From contig NC_043007.1 of the NCBI RefSeq assembly GCF_006345805.1, positions 13,702,001-13,766,000 on the forward strand: DNA of 64,000 nucleotides, read 5' to 3'. This document shows positions 25,169 through 40,057 of this stretch, piece after piece. Under the pieces are notes generated by a model, which did no database searches, was not told the origin of the DNA, and was given only the letters and a program-made list of their open reading frames with translations. Position 1 is the first letter of the stretch. Each line of letters begins with the position of its first letter. The position numbers were made by a program, and so were the translations under genes. Source of the DNA: Octopus sinensis. Lineage: Eukaryota.

Positions 25169-25590
25169 AGGAGTGGCTGTGTGGTAAGTAGCTTGCTTCC
25201 CAACTACATCGTTCCGGGTTCAGTCCCACTGCGTGGAAACTTGGGCAAGTGTCTTCTACTATAGCCTCGCACCGACCAAAGCCTTGTGAGTGGATTTAGT
25301 AGACGGAAACTGAAAGAAGCCCGTCGTATATATGTATATGTATATATGTATACATGTACGTATGTGTATATGTTTGTGTGTCTGTGTTTGTCCCCTCAAC
25401 ATCGCTTGACAACCGATGCTGTTGGGTTTACGTCCCAGTAACTTAGCGGTTCGGCAAAATAGAACGATAGAATAAGTACTAGGCTTACAAAGAATAAGCC
25501 GTGGGGTCGATTTTCTAGGCTAAAGGCAGTGCTCCAGCATGGCCACAGTCTAATGACTGAAACAAGTAAAAGAGTAAAAACGTAAAAGAG
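25169..25590 (+). mobile_element. Full-length SINE family B (CORE-SINE-like)
   Basis: tRNA-like head, cttgggcaagtgtcttctactatagcctcg core, central (TA/TG)n, tail gctccagcatggccacagtctaatgactgaaac + (aagtaaaag)n. Confidence 0.92.
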
Positions 25591-25888
25591 TAGCCTTTTC
25601 CACCCAGTTTTGCTAAGGGATGGACTATGCACTTACGATTTTACGCTTTTTTAAGACCATTGACATCACGGTATCTTGCATTCGGTAGTGTGGTCTACGG
25701 ACGGCAGTTACTTATGAAGCAATACATCAATAATCTTCAACGATGTCATTTCCATAAGAAACTCAGAGTATCTACTATTTTCACTGCAAATCCCTCATCA
25801 GACCATATCTCTTACACAAATTTGCCAATTTAAATCGAGGGGAAATATTGTAGTCTCCTGTTTATAATTCTCTACGTCCTCATTTTTA

Positions 25889-26404
25889 GTGGAGGCGCGT
25901 GGCTTAGTGGTTAGGGTGTCGGCATCATGATCGTAAGATTGTAGCTTCGATTCCTGGAACAGGCGACGTGTTGTGTTCTTGAGCAAAACACTTCATTTCA
26001 CGTTGCTCCAGTTCACTCAGCTGGCAAAAGTGAGTAACGCTGCAATAGACAAGCGTCCCGTCCAGCTGGGGAACACATACGCCATAAAAACCGGGAAACC
26101 GGGCCCATGAGCCTGACTAGGCTTTAAAAGGGCGCATGCGTGTAGGCGCGTTGCTTAGTGGTTAGGGTGTCAGCAACATTATCGTAAGATTGTGGTTTCG
26201 ATTCCTGGAAGAGGCGACGCGTTGTGTTCTTGAGCAAAACACTTCATTTCACGTTGCTCCAGTCCACTCAACTGGCAAAAGTGAGTAACGCTGCAATAGA
26301 CAAGCGTCCCGTCCAGCTGGGGAACACATACGCCATAAAAACCGGGAAACCGGGCCCATGAGCCTGGCTAGGCTTTAAAAGGGCGCATTTATTTTTTTAT
26401 TATA
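25889..26404 (+). mobile_element. Head-to-tail dimer of SINE family C flanked by one 12-bp TSD
   Basis: Two units of about 250 bp (25889-26136 and 26141-26404); tcctcattttta at 25877-25888 and 26405-26416. Confidence 0.9.
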
Positions 26405-26759
26405 TCCTCATTTTTACTTTCAGGTTAATGTTGTGACCATCTGCACGGATCCCGTTGTGTCCATCTGTTTGCAAATGAAAAAGAATACTGCGCCATTACA
26501 CTGACCCCAACTGAGCTGTCGAGGCCTGTTCTGTTTCTTTCGTTGCGTGTATTGCCATGTAGTCCTTGATGTAAGGACTGGAGTTGGTTTTGTTTGTATT
26601 AAAGTTTTGTAAATTTCTTGACCTAGTTTTGCAGGGTAAGAGTCTAAGATCGATGCCTGTGACAGAACTTTCATATTGCTTTGTAGGAGCGATGGATTAA
26701 GTAACTGAGACGGTGTCGACATTGTCTTCAAACTCTTCAGAGAAACATTGGAAACGATG

Positions 26760-26908
26760 CCTATAATAATAATAATAATGATGATGATGATGATAACAAC
26801 AACAACAATAACAATAATAATAATAATGATAATAATAGTAATAATAATAATAATAATAATAATCATATTAATAATAATAATAAAAATAATAAAAATTAAA
26901 ATAATCAT

Positions 26909-26961
<53 letters not shown>

Positions 26962-26990
26962 TAAACAACCACAGCAACAACAATAAAAAC
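26760..26990. repeat. (TAA)n-dominated microsatellite
   Basis: Direct inspection. Confidence 0.95.
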
Positions 26991-27046
26991 AACGTGAAGA
27001 ATAGATATGAGAAGCAGATATATGTTAATCCGCTTGTAGAAAATAG

Positions 27047-27097
<51 letters not shown>

Positions 27098-27178
27098 AGA
27101 GAGAGAGAGAAAAGAAAAAGATCTGCTTGTAAATTGGCTTCATAAATTGGAAATACTTATATTCTTAACATCACGATA

Positions 27179-27231
<53 letters not shown>

Positions 27232-27670
27232 CATCCATCCATCCATCCATCCATCTATATATATATATATATATATACTATATATATAATATATATATAT
27301 ATGCAATCCATGTATATATTAGTATAGATGAAGTACATGTATAGTTTTTATAGGTAGAAATATCAAAATGAAAAGATGTGTGGTGGGGAAAGTATGAGAG
27401 CATTTTCCATGGTGATGAGGCTGTGTAGATTCTTTTAGGGAAAATATAAACGAGTCATAGCAGAGAGAAGACTGGTGGAGAGGCCTGGAACATGGAGAGA
27501 GAGAAGGTTAAAACCCGAAAGAAAATATCTGTTAAGAGGTACGATTTTTATCGTCATGGAGGTAGATCTCAACTAGAGACTACTTATATACATATATACA
27601 TACATAAATATACATATATATATATATATCTAAATACAGGTACACGCATATTGTGTGTGTTTATATATTG

Positions 27671-27711
<41 letters not shown>

Positions 27712-27809
27712 ATACATATATATATAATATATATATATATATAAGTACATATAATTATTATATATGTATATATTATATAAATATATAATATATAAATATA
27801 TATATATTA

Positions 27810-27855
<46 letters not shown>

Positions 27856-27903
27856 TATATATTATATATATATATATATACTATATATACATATACATGT
27901 GCG

Positions 27904-27938
<35 letters not shown>

Positions 27939-28582
27939 CTATATATATATATGTATATGTATGGAAGGGGCTAGTATAGCAAAGAGCTAGAGTCTTGGCC
28001 TAGAATGATTGGTGTATATTTTGGTTGCGTTTATTTCCTTCTCGAAAGATCTTTTATCGTCATCAGTGGTTTTCTTATTCTTCCAATTCTCCTGATTCTT
28101 TGCATCATTTCATCGGGTCTCTAGATAGCGAAGTCGCTTCTTCTCTTTCCACTATCACGACCATTTCCGACAACGATCTCTTTCTATATAACTCTCAGCC
28201 TCTGCCTTTGTCTATCTGCCTGTCTGTCTGCCTCTTTCTCTTTCTGTTATATAAGTATGTACATATACGGCTGCAAGTGCGCGTGCGCATGTTTGCATGG
28301 TATCTACAATTTTGTTTTCACGTTACTTCGTTTCTTCTTTTTTTCAGCCCTATTCCAGCTGAACTCGTACATGTATATATATATATATCAATTTAATTAA
28401 GCTAGTTTACCATTAAAAACACCGAAACGAAAGATGAATTAGGGTAAACGTTTTTAAATTTTCACCTAATTTCTGAATTACTACTTAGAGGTTTGAGTTA
28501 TGGCTGCTCTTTCTAGTGGACGAATGGCCTATTAAGGCCATTCCTAAATTGTTTTAATTTTAATTTTATATATATACATACA

Positions 28583-28638
<56 letters not shown>

Positions 28639-28864
28639 TTTATTTATTTATATATATATTTATATATATATGTGTGTGTTTGTATGTATGTATGTATGTA
28701 TGCATGTATGTATGTATATTTATCTATCTGTCTGCCATTCTTTCACTTGTATATGGGCGCAAGAGTGGTTTTGCGATCATATTGTGTTCTGAAATCCTCG
28801 GCTAATGCTGCGCACTTGAACAATTTGCTCCCTTAATGTCCGATACTGGATAAATTCTACCAAA

Positions 28865-28970
<106 letters not shown>

Positions 28971-29199
28971 GCTGCTGTGGTTGTTGGTGTTGTTGTTAAA
29001 AAACAAGACGGGTAAGGGTGATTAGGTGATGGTCTAGGACTTAGGGGCGGGAGACACCAGAGCTTGGAAAAAAGAATTTGGTTGTCTTGTAGTCGAGGGC
29101 TTTTCGTTGACGCCCGACACCACTGGGAGGTGGCCTTCGAAGTCGCCCGGAAATGGAGATCTCCAGGTCCAAATGTTCGAACGGCTGCTGCTGCTGCTG

Positions 29200-29266
<67 letters not shown>

Positions 29267-30514
29267 CACTACCACTAGTAGCAATAGTGTAGTATTATAT
29301 GCGCCATTGTTAGAAAGTTTGAGAAAGAGAGCGCGCTGAACAATGAATCCGAAGCTCAGATTAAGACAATCCCTGCTCTACTTCTTGAGATTTAATTTTT
29401 TACTTTACTTTAGAAACGCGTACTTATATTCACCAATGCCTTGTTATAGAAACACCACCAGACAGAAGTATGGGATAATTATAGGTTCACTTCAACATCT
29501 AAATTTAATTTGTCAAAATATTTTCGTCGCTTTGAGACCGCAACCTGTTCATTGACAAAATTCCATGCTGCCAAGTACATCTCCGTAATTATAGGTTGTA
29601 TCTTAATTTTCTGGTATCTAAATTTGCTGGTTTCAAAATTCAAATAAATAATTCCTGCCTTCTTTTGATTCTGGGTCTCATAATCAACAAGTTACTTCTC
29701 CGTTCCATGTATTTATATGACTGTGTAGAATATAAAACTATTCATTTGAAAACCATAGTCTAATAAATGAAAACAGAGGAAGTATAGATATTAGGTGGCA
29801 TGTCTCTTTGAAGCGAAAGCAGTTTGGGGATGTAAGTGTGTGTGAGCGTATGCATCTATTTTAGGGTTGCTATGGTGTGTAAGGATAATTCACATTGGAA
29901 AATACTTGGAGTTGAAGACAGTGAAAAGAAATGAGATAATATAAATATTTTTATCGCGTAATTCATTTTCAAAGATCCAAGAAGACAACAGTTAACGAGT
30001 GAGCGATTCATACGTATACAAAGTAAACAAGACGTGTTTACAATTCTTGTTCGTCTAGTCTTACAAATGATTTCGAGTAATTAGGTTTCGTTTTATAATG
30101 AGAATTTGTCATTGATAATTAATATAAACGATGTAATCGTTTTCTATAGAAATTGGTTATTATTTTCGCGTATTTTATATACATTGATTTCCTTCAAAGA
30201 AATATCACTCTGTCCTAAATACTAAGAATTATAACAAATGTTGGAAACTATTTAACGCAAGAAAATATATTCAACAATACAACGCAAAATATTAAGACCT
30301 TCAATTAATTAATTTAGTACTACTGAATTTATTTTACTGGGCTTCAAGATCCATTTATGAATGGTTATGCAGACTTAAAGCTATATTTAAAATGTGCCTT
30401 TAACTTCAGTAAATATAAGTAAAACTACTTTGACGTATGTGAAATAAATTATGCGGAATTCAAGCCCAGAATTTAAAACCCGACGCAATGATGCGAAGTA
30501 TTTTTCCAGCATAC

Positions 30515-31057
30515 TCTTTTACTCTCTCTTTTAGTTGTTTCAGTCATGTGATTGCGGCCATGCTGTCGCACCACCTTTAGTCGAGCAAATCGACTAAGTT
30601 ACGGGGACAAAAACACACCACCATCGGTTGTCAGGCGACGTTGTGGGGGTGGACAGACATAGTCACACAAACATATACACACACATACATATATATATGT
30701 GATCACGTGATCACGTGACCGACCAGACCATCAGATTTTGCTACACATCGCTGGTCACAATGCGTTCGCATTGTTTTAGCCTTCGAATGACGCCACCCCG
30801 TCAAAGAGTGGAGAAAGTGTACAGCAGGGATCACCACCCCCTGCCGGAGCCTCGTGGAGCTTTTAGGTGTTTTCGCTCAATAAACACACACAACGCCCGG
30901 TCTGGGAATCGAAACCGCGATCCTACGACCGCGAGTCGCTACCCTAACCCCTGGGCCATTGCGCCTCCACACACACACACACACACCACACACACACACA
31001 CTATATATATATATATATATTATATATGATATATATTATATATATAATATACACATA

Positions 31058-31096
<39 letters not shown>

Positions 31097-31262
31097 TATA
31101 CGACGGGCTCCTTTCAGTCAGTTTCCCTCTACCAAATCTACTCACAAGGCTTTGGTCGGCCCGAGGCTATAGTAGAAGACACTTGCCCAAGGTGCCATTC
31201 AATGGGACTGAACCCGGAACCATGTGGTTCGTAAGCAAGCTATTTACCACACAGCCACTCCT
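30515..31262 (-). mobile_element. SINE family B interrupted by a family D-type SINE (about 30700-30968)
   Basis: B 3' half at 30515-30700 and B head at 31100-31262; between them is the reverse complement of the D head (ggccattgcgcctcca) with a tail different from the 21-kb copy. Confidence 0.8.
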
Positions 31263-31319
31263 GTCTTTCTTTCCTACGGCTATGATTCTGTCAGTTCACT
31301 ACCTAATAGTAATAATATT

Positions 31320-31545
31320 GGTTTCAAATTTTGGCACAAGGCCAGCAATTTCGAAGGAGAGGGGGTAAGACGATTACATCGACCCCAGTGGTCATCTAGT
31401 ACTTATTTTATCGACCCCCCATCTCCACACCACGAAAAGGATGAAAGGTAAAGTCGACCTCGCCGGAATTTGAACTCAGAGCGTAAACACGGACGGCATG
31501 CCGCTAAGCATTCTGTCCGGCGTGTTAACGATTCCGCCAGCACGC
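31320..31545 (-). mobile_element. Older SINE A-related copy (alternative tail)
   Basis: ggatgaaaggtaaagtcgacctcgccggaatttgaactc plus the ggcacaaggcc tail. Confidence 0.8.
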
Positions 31546-31589
31546 TATCTAATAATAATGAGAAGCAACAAAATGGTCAGTCATCATCG

Positions 31590-32350
31590 TCATTGACTTT
31601 CTCATCGTCATTGTCGTTATCATCATCATCATCATCAACATCAACATCAATATTATTATCATTATCGTCGTCATCATCATCATCACCACCACCAGCACCA
31701 CCCCCCCACCACCACCACCATCATCATCACCACCACCACCATCATCATCATCACCATCACCACCACCATCATTATCATCATCATTTTCATCATTACCACT
31801 GAACCACCACCAACGCCCCCACTACCACCACCACCACCACCACCACTACCATCATTATCATCATCATTTTCATCATTATCGCCGAACCACCACCAACGCC
31901 ACCACCACCACCACCACCACCACCACTACCATCATTACTATAGTCACCGTTATGATCATGATCTTGATCATCATCATCAACATCAACACTACCATCATCA
32001 CCACCACCACCACCACCACCACCACCACACCACCACCATCATCATCATCATTGCCATAATCACCATCATCATCAACAACAAGAAGTAATATCATTTCTTA
32101 CTCGAAAGCTGATCGTCTTTTGTTTGCGGCCTGGTGATTATATTCCAGTGGAAAGAAATTCAAAGAATAATTGACCTGAAAATCTCTCCACAGGAGTTCC
32201 ACGAAACAAGCAACGAGGAGATAAACAACAACAACAACACCAACAACAACAACATGAAAAACAACAACAACAACAACAACATCAACGATATCAACAACAA
32301 AAGCAGGAACGACAACAACAACAACGAAAGAGAAATGAGCGACTTATATA
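31590..32350. repeat. (CAT)n/(CAC)n and (AAC)n microsatellite field
   Basis: Direct inspection. Confidence 0.95.
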
Positions 32351-32824
32351 CAAACAAACAATCAAACAATTAAAAATATGATAAAGAATAGGATGGCGAT
32401 AGAGAATGATAAAGTATGTTTATGCGGAGCTTGTAAAGTCATGTAACTGAACCAATGGTAGATGGTGAAAAGGAAAGAAATAAGTGGCGTCTACAAATAT
32501 GAAGGCAACCACTTAAAGTTCTTCTCGAAACCGAAACGTAAAGATTGTACGCTGCCATAAGTTATGTCTTCACGTAGTTTAAAAACAATACAAAAATTGG
32601 ATTGGTAATGATGAGACCAGAGAACTAGCAACAAACAAATAATATATATTTAACAGAAAAAAAAAAAAAGTAAAATGGCGTATCTGAAAGTAAGAGCTAA
32701 AATAACGGACTAGAAGCTTGAAACAATGAACGTGCTGAGTATAATACAAAAACCACTTAATGATATCGAGGAAAAAATGTCCACTGACCACGTAGGCAAT
32801 TATACAGTTATATTTAGCCGGGGT

Positions 32825-33073
32825 TGATACGAGGTTATTTATTCTCTTGTTTCTTTCAGTCATTAGACTGCGGCCCTGCTGGAGCACGGCTTTTAGTCGA
32901 ACGAATCGACCCCCCCACCCCACCCCGGGGCGTATTCTTTCGTAAACCTAGTACTCATTCTATCGGTTTCTTCTTGTTCCTGAACTGCTAATGTTACGGG
33001 GACGTAAACACACGAACATCGGTTGTCAATCGATGGTGGTGGTGGTGGCAAACACAGACACACAAACATATAC

Positions 33074-33080
<7 letters not shown>
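32825..33080 (-). mobile_element. SINE family B 3' half
   Basis: tttcagtcattagactgcggccctgctggagcac...catcggttgtcaa. Confidence 0.8.
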
Positions 33081-33106
<26 letters not shown>

Positions 33107-33153
33107 GATTAGCGAAACAATTATGAGAACGGAACCAAAGGATAATCCCCGCT

Positions 33154-33184
33154 TACCCGGGAATTACCGGGTACGTCAGCTAGT
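33154..33184 (+). mobile_element. Orphan Helitron-type 3' terminus
   Basis: acccgg-gaatta-ccgggt hairpin followed about 7 nt later by CTAG|t, the same layout as the 53.7-kb end. Confidence 0.55.
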
Positions 33185-33646
33185 ATATATATCTTTAGCA
33201 GTATCAGAGACTAGCAGTGTTTGTGCATAAGCGAACATATATATGCTTATGTTCTTGATGCACCAAGGCGTCAATCTGTATATCTGCTGTGAGCGTGGTA
33301 TGTGTATCTTATATAGTAAAACATAGCTTAGCAACAACCGGACACCGTGTTCGATTCGACCTTTCGCGGCATATTCGACCAATGGCCTATTCCCGCCTTT
33401 GATTCAGACTATATATAGTGAGGGCAATCTAGAATACGGATGCTTTCAGGATCACACTGAGGCTGGAGATTGCATTTTAACAAACAAATCACACACAGTC
33501 ACGCTGATTCTGCTTAATAATTACGGTAAGGTGTATGCGTTCATTGAATTCCGAGACAGGTACGTCAATAGACAAAGTGAATCCTCATAGCAGAACGACG
33601 GATATCCACACGTATATATGTGCGTAGCTGTGCATATGTGTGTGTG

Positions 33647-33682
<36 letters not shown>

Positions 33683-33774
33683 AATGTATCTATCTATCTA
33701 TATTATTTTTTTTTACTTGATTTAGGAATTTGACGGTGGCCATGTTGGAACACCACCTTGAGGGCTTTTAGTCG

Positions 33775-34120
33775 AAAGAATCGACCCCAGTGCGTAACTG
33801 GTACTTATTTAATCGACCCCGAAAGGATGAAAGGCAAAGTCGACTTCGGCGAAATTTGAACACAGAACGTACCGGCAGACGAAATACCTATTTCTTTAGT
33901 ACCCACAAGGGGCTAAACACAGAGGGGACAAACAAGGACAGACAAACGGATAAGTCGATTACATCGCGCCCAGTGCATAACTGGTACTTAATTTATCGAT
34001 CCTGAAAGGATGAAAGGCAAATTCAACCTCGGGCGAATATGAACTCAGAACGTAACGGCAGACGAAATACGGCTACGTATTCCGCGCGGCGTGCTAACGT
34101 TTCTGCCAGCTCGCCGCCTT
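33775..34120 (-). mobile_element. SINE family A dimer
   Basis: Two bodies joined at gaaatacctatttcttt; head gccagctcgccgcctt. Confidence 0.9.
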
Positions 34121-34129
34121 AATTCTTCC

Positions 34130-34275
34130 AGTTTCCGTCAACCGAATCCACACGCAAGGCGGCTTCGTCGGCCTGAGGCGATACTGAGAGAGCTGCCCGA
34201 GGCACCACACAGTGACACTGACCCCGGATCCATGTGGTTGGGAAGCAACGTTGTTACCACACGACCACGCCTACA
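34130..34275 (-). mobile_element. SINE family B head/core (diverged), abutting the A head
   Basis: cagtttccgtcaaccgaatccacac...actgaccccggatccatgtggttgg. Confidence 0.75.
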
Positions 34276-34848
34276 CCTATATATGTGCGTGTGTGTGTGC
34301 GTACATTCTTGTATATATATATATATAGCTGTACGTATATACATGTGTGTGTATGTATGTGAGAGAACCGGTGTGGGAAAGAATGAATGGATAGAGACAG
34401 AGCAAGAAACATCTTTAAACATATCGATATATTGTTAAGTAGATAGAGAGATATTTCAAACAGCCATTGTCTGAGGTTTCCCTAGCAGTAAAGAGGATAA
34501 TCCTAAAATATGAAACATCAGGTTTTCGATTTCTAAAATAGATGTGAGCCTGGGAAATAAGTTGAATACGGTTGATCCCTGGCGTTTTAGTGAGATGCAT
34601 CATGGCTCTGCAATGTGCTGTGTTAACTGTGTAGAAACTGTTATCGGTGCTGGAGGTGCTGTTGGGGGTTGTTTTTTTTTTTTTTGGTTGCGGTGGGAGT
34701 TTAAGAATTGAATGCCTACTGAACTGAATGGCAAAGAACATTCGAATGCTAATACGCATGAACAATGATACACCCCACACGTTTGTGATTATAAATCGAC
34801 GACGCACACATACACATACATTGACAAACACACACAAACGTACCTGTG

Positions 34849-34918
<70 letters not shown>

Positions 34919-35053
34919 AAGTTATTCAAACTATGTATACATATATAGATTTACGCATATATAATATATATGTATATATATATATATACACACATGCATA
35001 TGTATATATACTTATGTATGTATAATGTATATATGTATATATATACGTATATA

Positions 35054-35095
<42 letters not shown>

Positions 35096-35212
35096 TATAT
35101 ATATGTATATATATATATATACAATAGTATAATATATATATACAAATATGTATATATATAATATATTATATATACATATATATATATATGTGTATATATA
35201 TATAATATATAG

Positions 35213-35265
<53 letters not shown>

Positions 35266-36147
35266 TATATGTATGTATTGAGTTATTCGAAGCTTCATAT
35301 AAATGGATAAAGTCTACAGCATTCATTGAGCACATTTCATAAATTCAGACCTGTGTGTGACATGTGTCTGTCCTTATGTGTGTATGTGTGTGTGTGTGTT
35401 TATGGGTGTGCGTGCGCTAGCGTTCAGTTGCATATGTTTGTCTTTGTGTCTTCTGAGCATGTATGTATGTATGTATGTATGTATGTGTGTGTGCATGAGT
35501 CAATACCCCTTTTCTTTCTCGCTATTAACGCACACATACACACAGACACCCCCACACACATATATATGTGTGTATACATAAATATTTCTGATAAACATTT
35601 GAAGCATACATACATACATACATGCATACAAACAGACACAAGCGCGTGTACAGGCATACACGCACTCACTCACACATACTTACAGGTATATAATATCTAA
35701 ATATATATATGTATTTAAAAATATTTATACATTCGTATCTGTGTGTGTGATTTGTGACATTGTGTGTGGGACTGTGTATTTGTGTGTGAGTGTGTGTGTG
35801 TATATTAATATACGGAATGATAAGCGTGTATCATCAGATAGGATATATAAACGAGATGATGGTTTTGTACAGTAACATCTTGGCGTGTAAACCGGTTTTT
35901 AAGGGTTTGGCAAAACATTGAAACAAATCTCTTTTGACGTAAACCAACAACAATAAACACGAAACGAGAACATGAACAACACGAATAATCGAAACAAAAT
36001 TGATATATAAGCTACTATATACATATATGTTTTTGTGTGTGTGTTTACATGAACATAAATATATATATATATAGATAGATAGATAGATATAGATATATAT
36101 ATCACATGAAACATATATATATGTATATATATGTATATATATATATG

Positions 36148-36186
<39 letters not shown>

Positions 36187-36255
36187 TAGATAGATAGATA
36201 GATATAGATATAGATATATACAATGAACATATACATGTATATATATGTGCATATA

Positions 36256-36299
<44 letters not shown>

Positions 36300-36302
36300 T
36301 AT

Positions 36303-36339
<37 letters not shown>

Positions 36340-36423
36340 GAGGAATAGATAGATAGATAGATAGATAGATATGTGCAGATGTATGATGTATATGTATGTA
36401 TGTAATATTTATGTATATAGTAT

Positions 36424-36462
<39 letters not shown>

Positions 36463-36838
36463 TTATATACGTATATATGTATATATATATATATATACAT
36501 TATATATATATATATAGATGTATATACAAAGTATATATAAATACAATAAATACACACAATCCATCACCACTGACAACTACCGCATTATTATCATCATTAT
36601 CATCAAAACCCACGACGACAACAACATTCGGCGTTACCAGCAACAAGAACAACAACGACACAAACGACACTAATAATAAAATCAACATTAGCATATGAAG
36701 TACAGCGTAAAGAATTTTATAGCTCGTTTCATATGGATGGCAGATAAAAGAACATACGTAGAACAAGAGAGCGAAATTTTGTTGCTCAGGTATCGGGTAA
36801 AATATTTATTTCAGTTACGTTAGAACTATGCCTTAGAG

Positions 36839-36886
<48 letters not shown>

Positions 36887-37602
36887 AATTCAGAATACTA
36901 AACTTTATGATGTTGTGTAGCAGCGTTATATTCCTTCGTTCGTTTCATGTAGAAGGTTAATATGGATTCTACGTACATTGCAGTGAAAATTCAAAAGAGT
37001 CGCTGTATTTGTTTATCACTCATTCAATGATCATCTCTTTATTAGCATATTGATATCATAGCTTATTGATAGCTGCTGGATTTTTTTCCCCCCTTTTAAT
37101 ATCTTAGTTTACAACACAAAGAATTCTCCGTCCTTCAATATTTCATCTGCTTTTCGCCTCTCTCTCTCTTCTTTCTCTCTCTTTCTAGTTTCCCCCTCTT
37201 TATTTCTTTCCCTCTTTCGCCCCTTATCATTCTTCCTTTTTATCTTTTCCTCTGTTTTATATAAAACCTCGCCATGCCTTTTAAACTAAGTATAATTTAA
37301 ATTGTCACACATTCGTAACGTATTGAGCTACATAAAACACTGTCATTTCTCTGTTTTTAGTGTTTTATAGGATTGAGGAGAGAGTATAGAACCTTGTGAG
37401 ATATATGTGGCTGATGTAAAGCCTAAATATCTGCATTTCGTTGTCTGCGCAGTGTCGAATGCTTCGAAGCATGTCAACAACTCTGATGGTATCCCACGAC
37501 TTGATAAAACAGAGAAACCGGACGCGGTCACATACTAGGCAAAAATATGAATTCTAGGCTTTTGTAACACATCTAATGAACGCTTTTAATTTACCTGTTT
37601 CT

Positions 37603-38089
37603 TTACTACCCACAAGGGGCTAAACACAGAGAGGACAAACAAGGACAGACAAACGGATTAAGTCGACTATATATTTCTTTATTGCCCACAAGGGGCTAAA
37701 CATAGAGGGGACAAACAAGGACAGACAAGGGGATTAAGTCGATTACATCGACCCCAGTGCGTAACTGGTACTTATTTAATCGACCCCGAAAGGATGAAAA
37801 GCAAAGTTGACCTCGGCGGAATTTGAACTCAGAACGTAACGGCAGAGGAAATGCCTATTTCTTTACTACCCACAAGGGGCTAAACATAGAAAGGACAAAC
37901 AAGGACAGACAAACGGATTAAGTCGATTATATCGACCCCCGTGCGTAACTGGTACTAATTTAATCGACCCCCGAAAGGATGAAAGGCAAAGTCGACCTCG
38001 GCGGAATTTGAACTCACAATGTAACGCAGATGAAATACCGCTGAGCATTTCGCCCGGCGTGCTAGCGATTCTGCTAGCTAACCGCCTTA
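37603..38089 (-). mobile_element. SINE family A multimer (3 partial or full units)
   Basis: Repeated tttactacccacaaggggctaaac tails; one head. Confidence 0.9.
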
Positions 38090-38690
38090 ATTTACCTGCT
38101 CTACAAAGTCATGGTGCCTGCCATTCTTAGATGTAATCGGCAATTTGGAGTAAACGAGTTGGCGTTAAATTGAAACGTAGGTGGCTTTGTGTGTGTCTTA
38201 AAAAATTGATCTATGACAACTAGCTGAGATTGGTCTTTGACCTGAATAAGTGCAGCCAAAATGGAGAAAGATATACTAAACTCTGCACCACTTGAATTGT
38301 TGATCTACTGAAGAGGAATCGCTTCGTTAGCTGTAAAGAAGTACATAGGAGTAACACAAATATGCTAAATCAGATGGTATGAAGGTAAAATAAGTCAACT
38401 TTGTAATAGTAACATGCCGTTAAAAAAAGACAGCATTTTTCTGGATGCAGTAGAAGAGCAGTGAGTACATGTTTCTGCCACAATGAGCGTCATTAGGTTA
38501 GCCTTGTAGTTTGACTCTAACCAGACACAAATGTTATACGTATAAATGTAGAACATACATATGGCTTTGAGCAATGCATAAACAACCACACATCCAAGAA
38601 CGCACACACACAAACACACACACACACACACACACACAAACATACACATACACATAAACACACCTACACGTATGCGCATATGAATTTACT

Positions 38691-38916
38691 TAGCTGGCAG
38701 AAACGTTAGCACGCCGGGCAAAATGCGTAGCCGTATTTCATTTGTCATTACGTTCTGAGTTCAAATTCCGCCGAGGTAGACTTTGCTTTTCATCCTTTCG
38801 GGGGTCGATAAATAAAGTACCAGTTTCGCACTGGGGTCGATGTAATCGAATTAATCCCTTTGCCTGTCCTTGTTTGTTCCCTCTATGTTTAGCCCCTTGT
38901 GGGCAGTAAAGAAATA
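38691..38916 (+). mobile_element. SINE family A monomer
   Basis: gctggcagaaacgttagc...gtgggcagtaaagaaata. Confidence 0.9.
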
Positions 38917-39474
38917 TAGTTTATTAAAAGTAAATTTGAAATATAGAAAACTGGAATTCATACACCAAGCAAGGCGAAATTGAACTCAATTTTATAATTT
39001 TTAAAGTTTATATCCTTCACAAACCACCAAGCATTGGCATCAAGTATAACTTCCATTATTTCCATTCAATGGGTCCGTGGCATCGAAGCTTCAATTTCTC
39101 CAACACGTCACGTGACTGAATATACTTCATTTGAGAATCACAACTCAAGTGGTGAACTCATCTATCTAGAGATTCATCAATTTGTTGTTTTCACCGCGAC
39201 AAATTGAATTTAATTAAATTTCGTGTAGTTGTAGTGACAATTGACGTAGAAAGGCAGCTGATAAGTTAATGGCTATCATCATTATTCATTTACTAAACTC
39301 CATACATATGGTGTCATACACTTCATTTTCTTTTGTTAGTGTATTTTACTTCAACGTGTAAAGAAACGTCAGAAAGGGATATATATATAGATATACATCC
39401 ATACATACATGCATACATACATATACATACATATATATAAATATATGTGCATGTATATTATATAGTATGTAATC

Positions 39475-39507
<33 letters not shown>

Positions 39508-39519
39508 GATGTATCTATC

Positions 39520-39553
<34 letters not shown>

Positions 39554-39996
39554 AATTTATTATCTTATATTCTATTGTACAGGTGGTGTCATGGAAAACG
39601 ATCAAGGATTGCACTGTGTATCTAAGCAAACTAGGTGATTGCTTAGGGCACAAAAATCTGTGTGTTCTCTCACACGTTTTGAAAACATTGAACAGAATTT
39701 CTTAAGCATAGAAAGAAGATGAAAAGTTAGCTACAAAGATAAAAAAACCTAAGTATTCTCCAGGAAAAAAAAAACAGCTGGAGGAAAGCGATGAGACGAG
39801 TGACAGAAAAAAATATGTTTTATGTGACTCAGTGCATAATTTGGCTCATGTTCTAAATTTTATAGATACTTGGTGATATGTATGAGCTTGAAACTTAGAC
39901 AATTGGTATATCTTATAAAGAGGACAGTGTGTGTGTGTGTGTATGTGTATACATATTATATGTATCAACATACGTATATAATTATATGTACATATA

Positions 39997-40057
<61 letters not shown>

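Noticed and set aside
25790-25810. Other CTGATGA hits (25797 minus, 28061 minus, 35832 minus, 40526 plus, 57437 minus, 61957 minus)
   Set aside because: No correctly placed stem II plus GAAA box, so they were not called hammerheads.
38998-39207. About 70-codon open frame without ATG
   Set aside because: No family resemblance and no convincing donor site; expected by chance.
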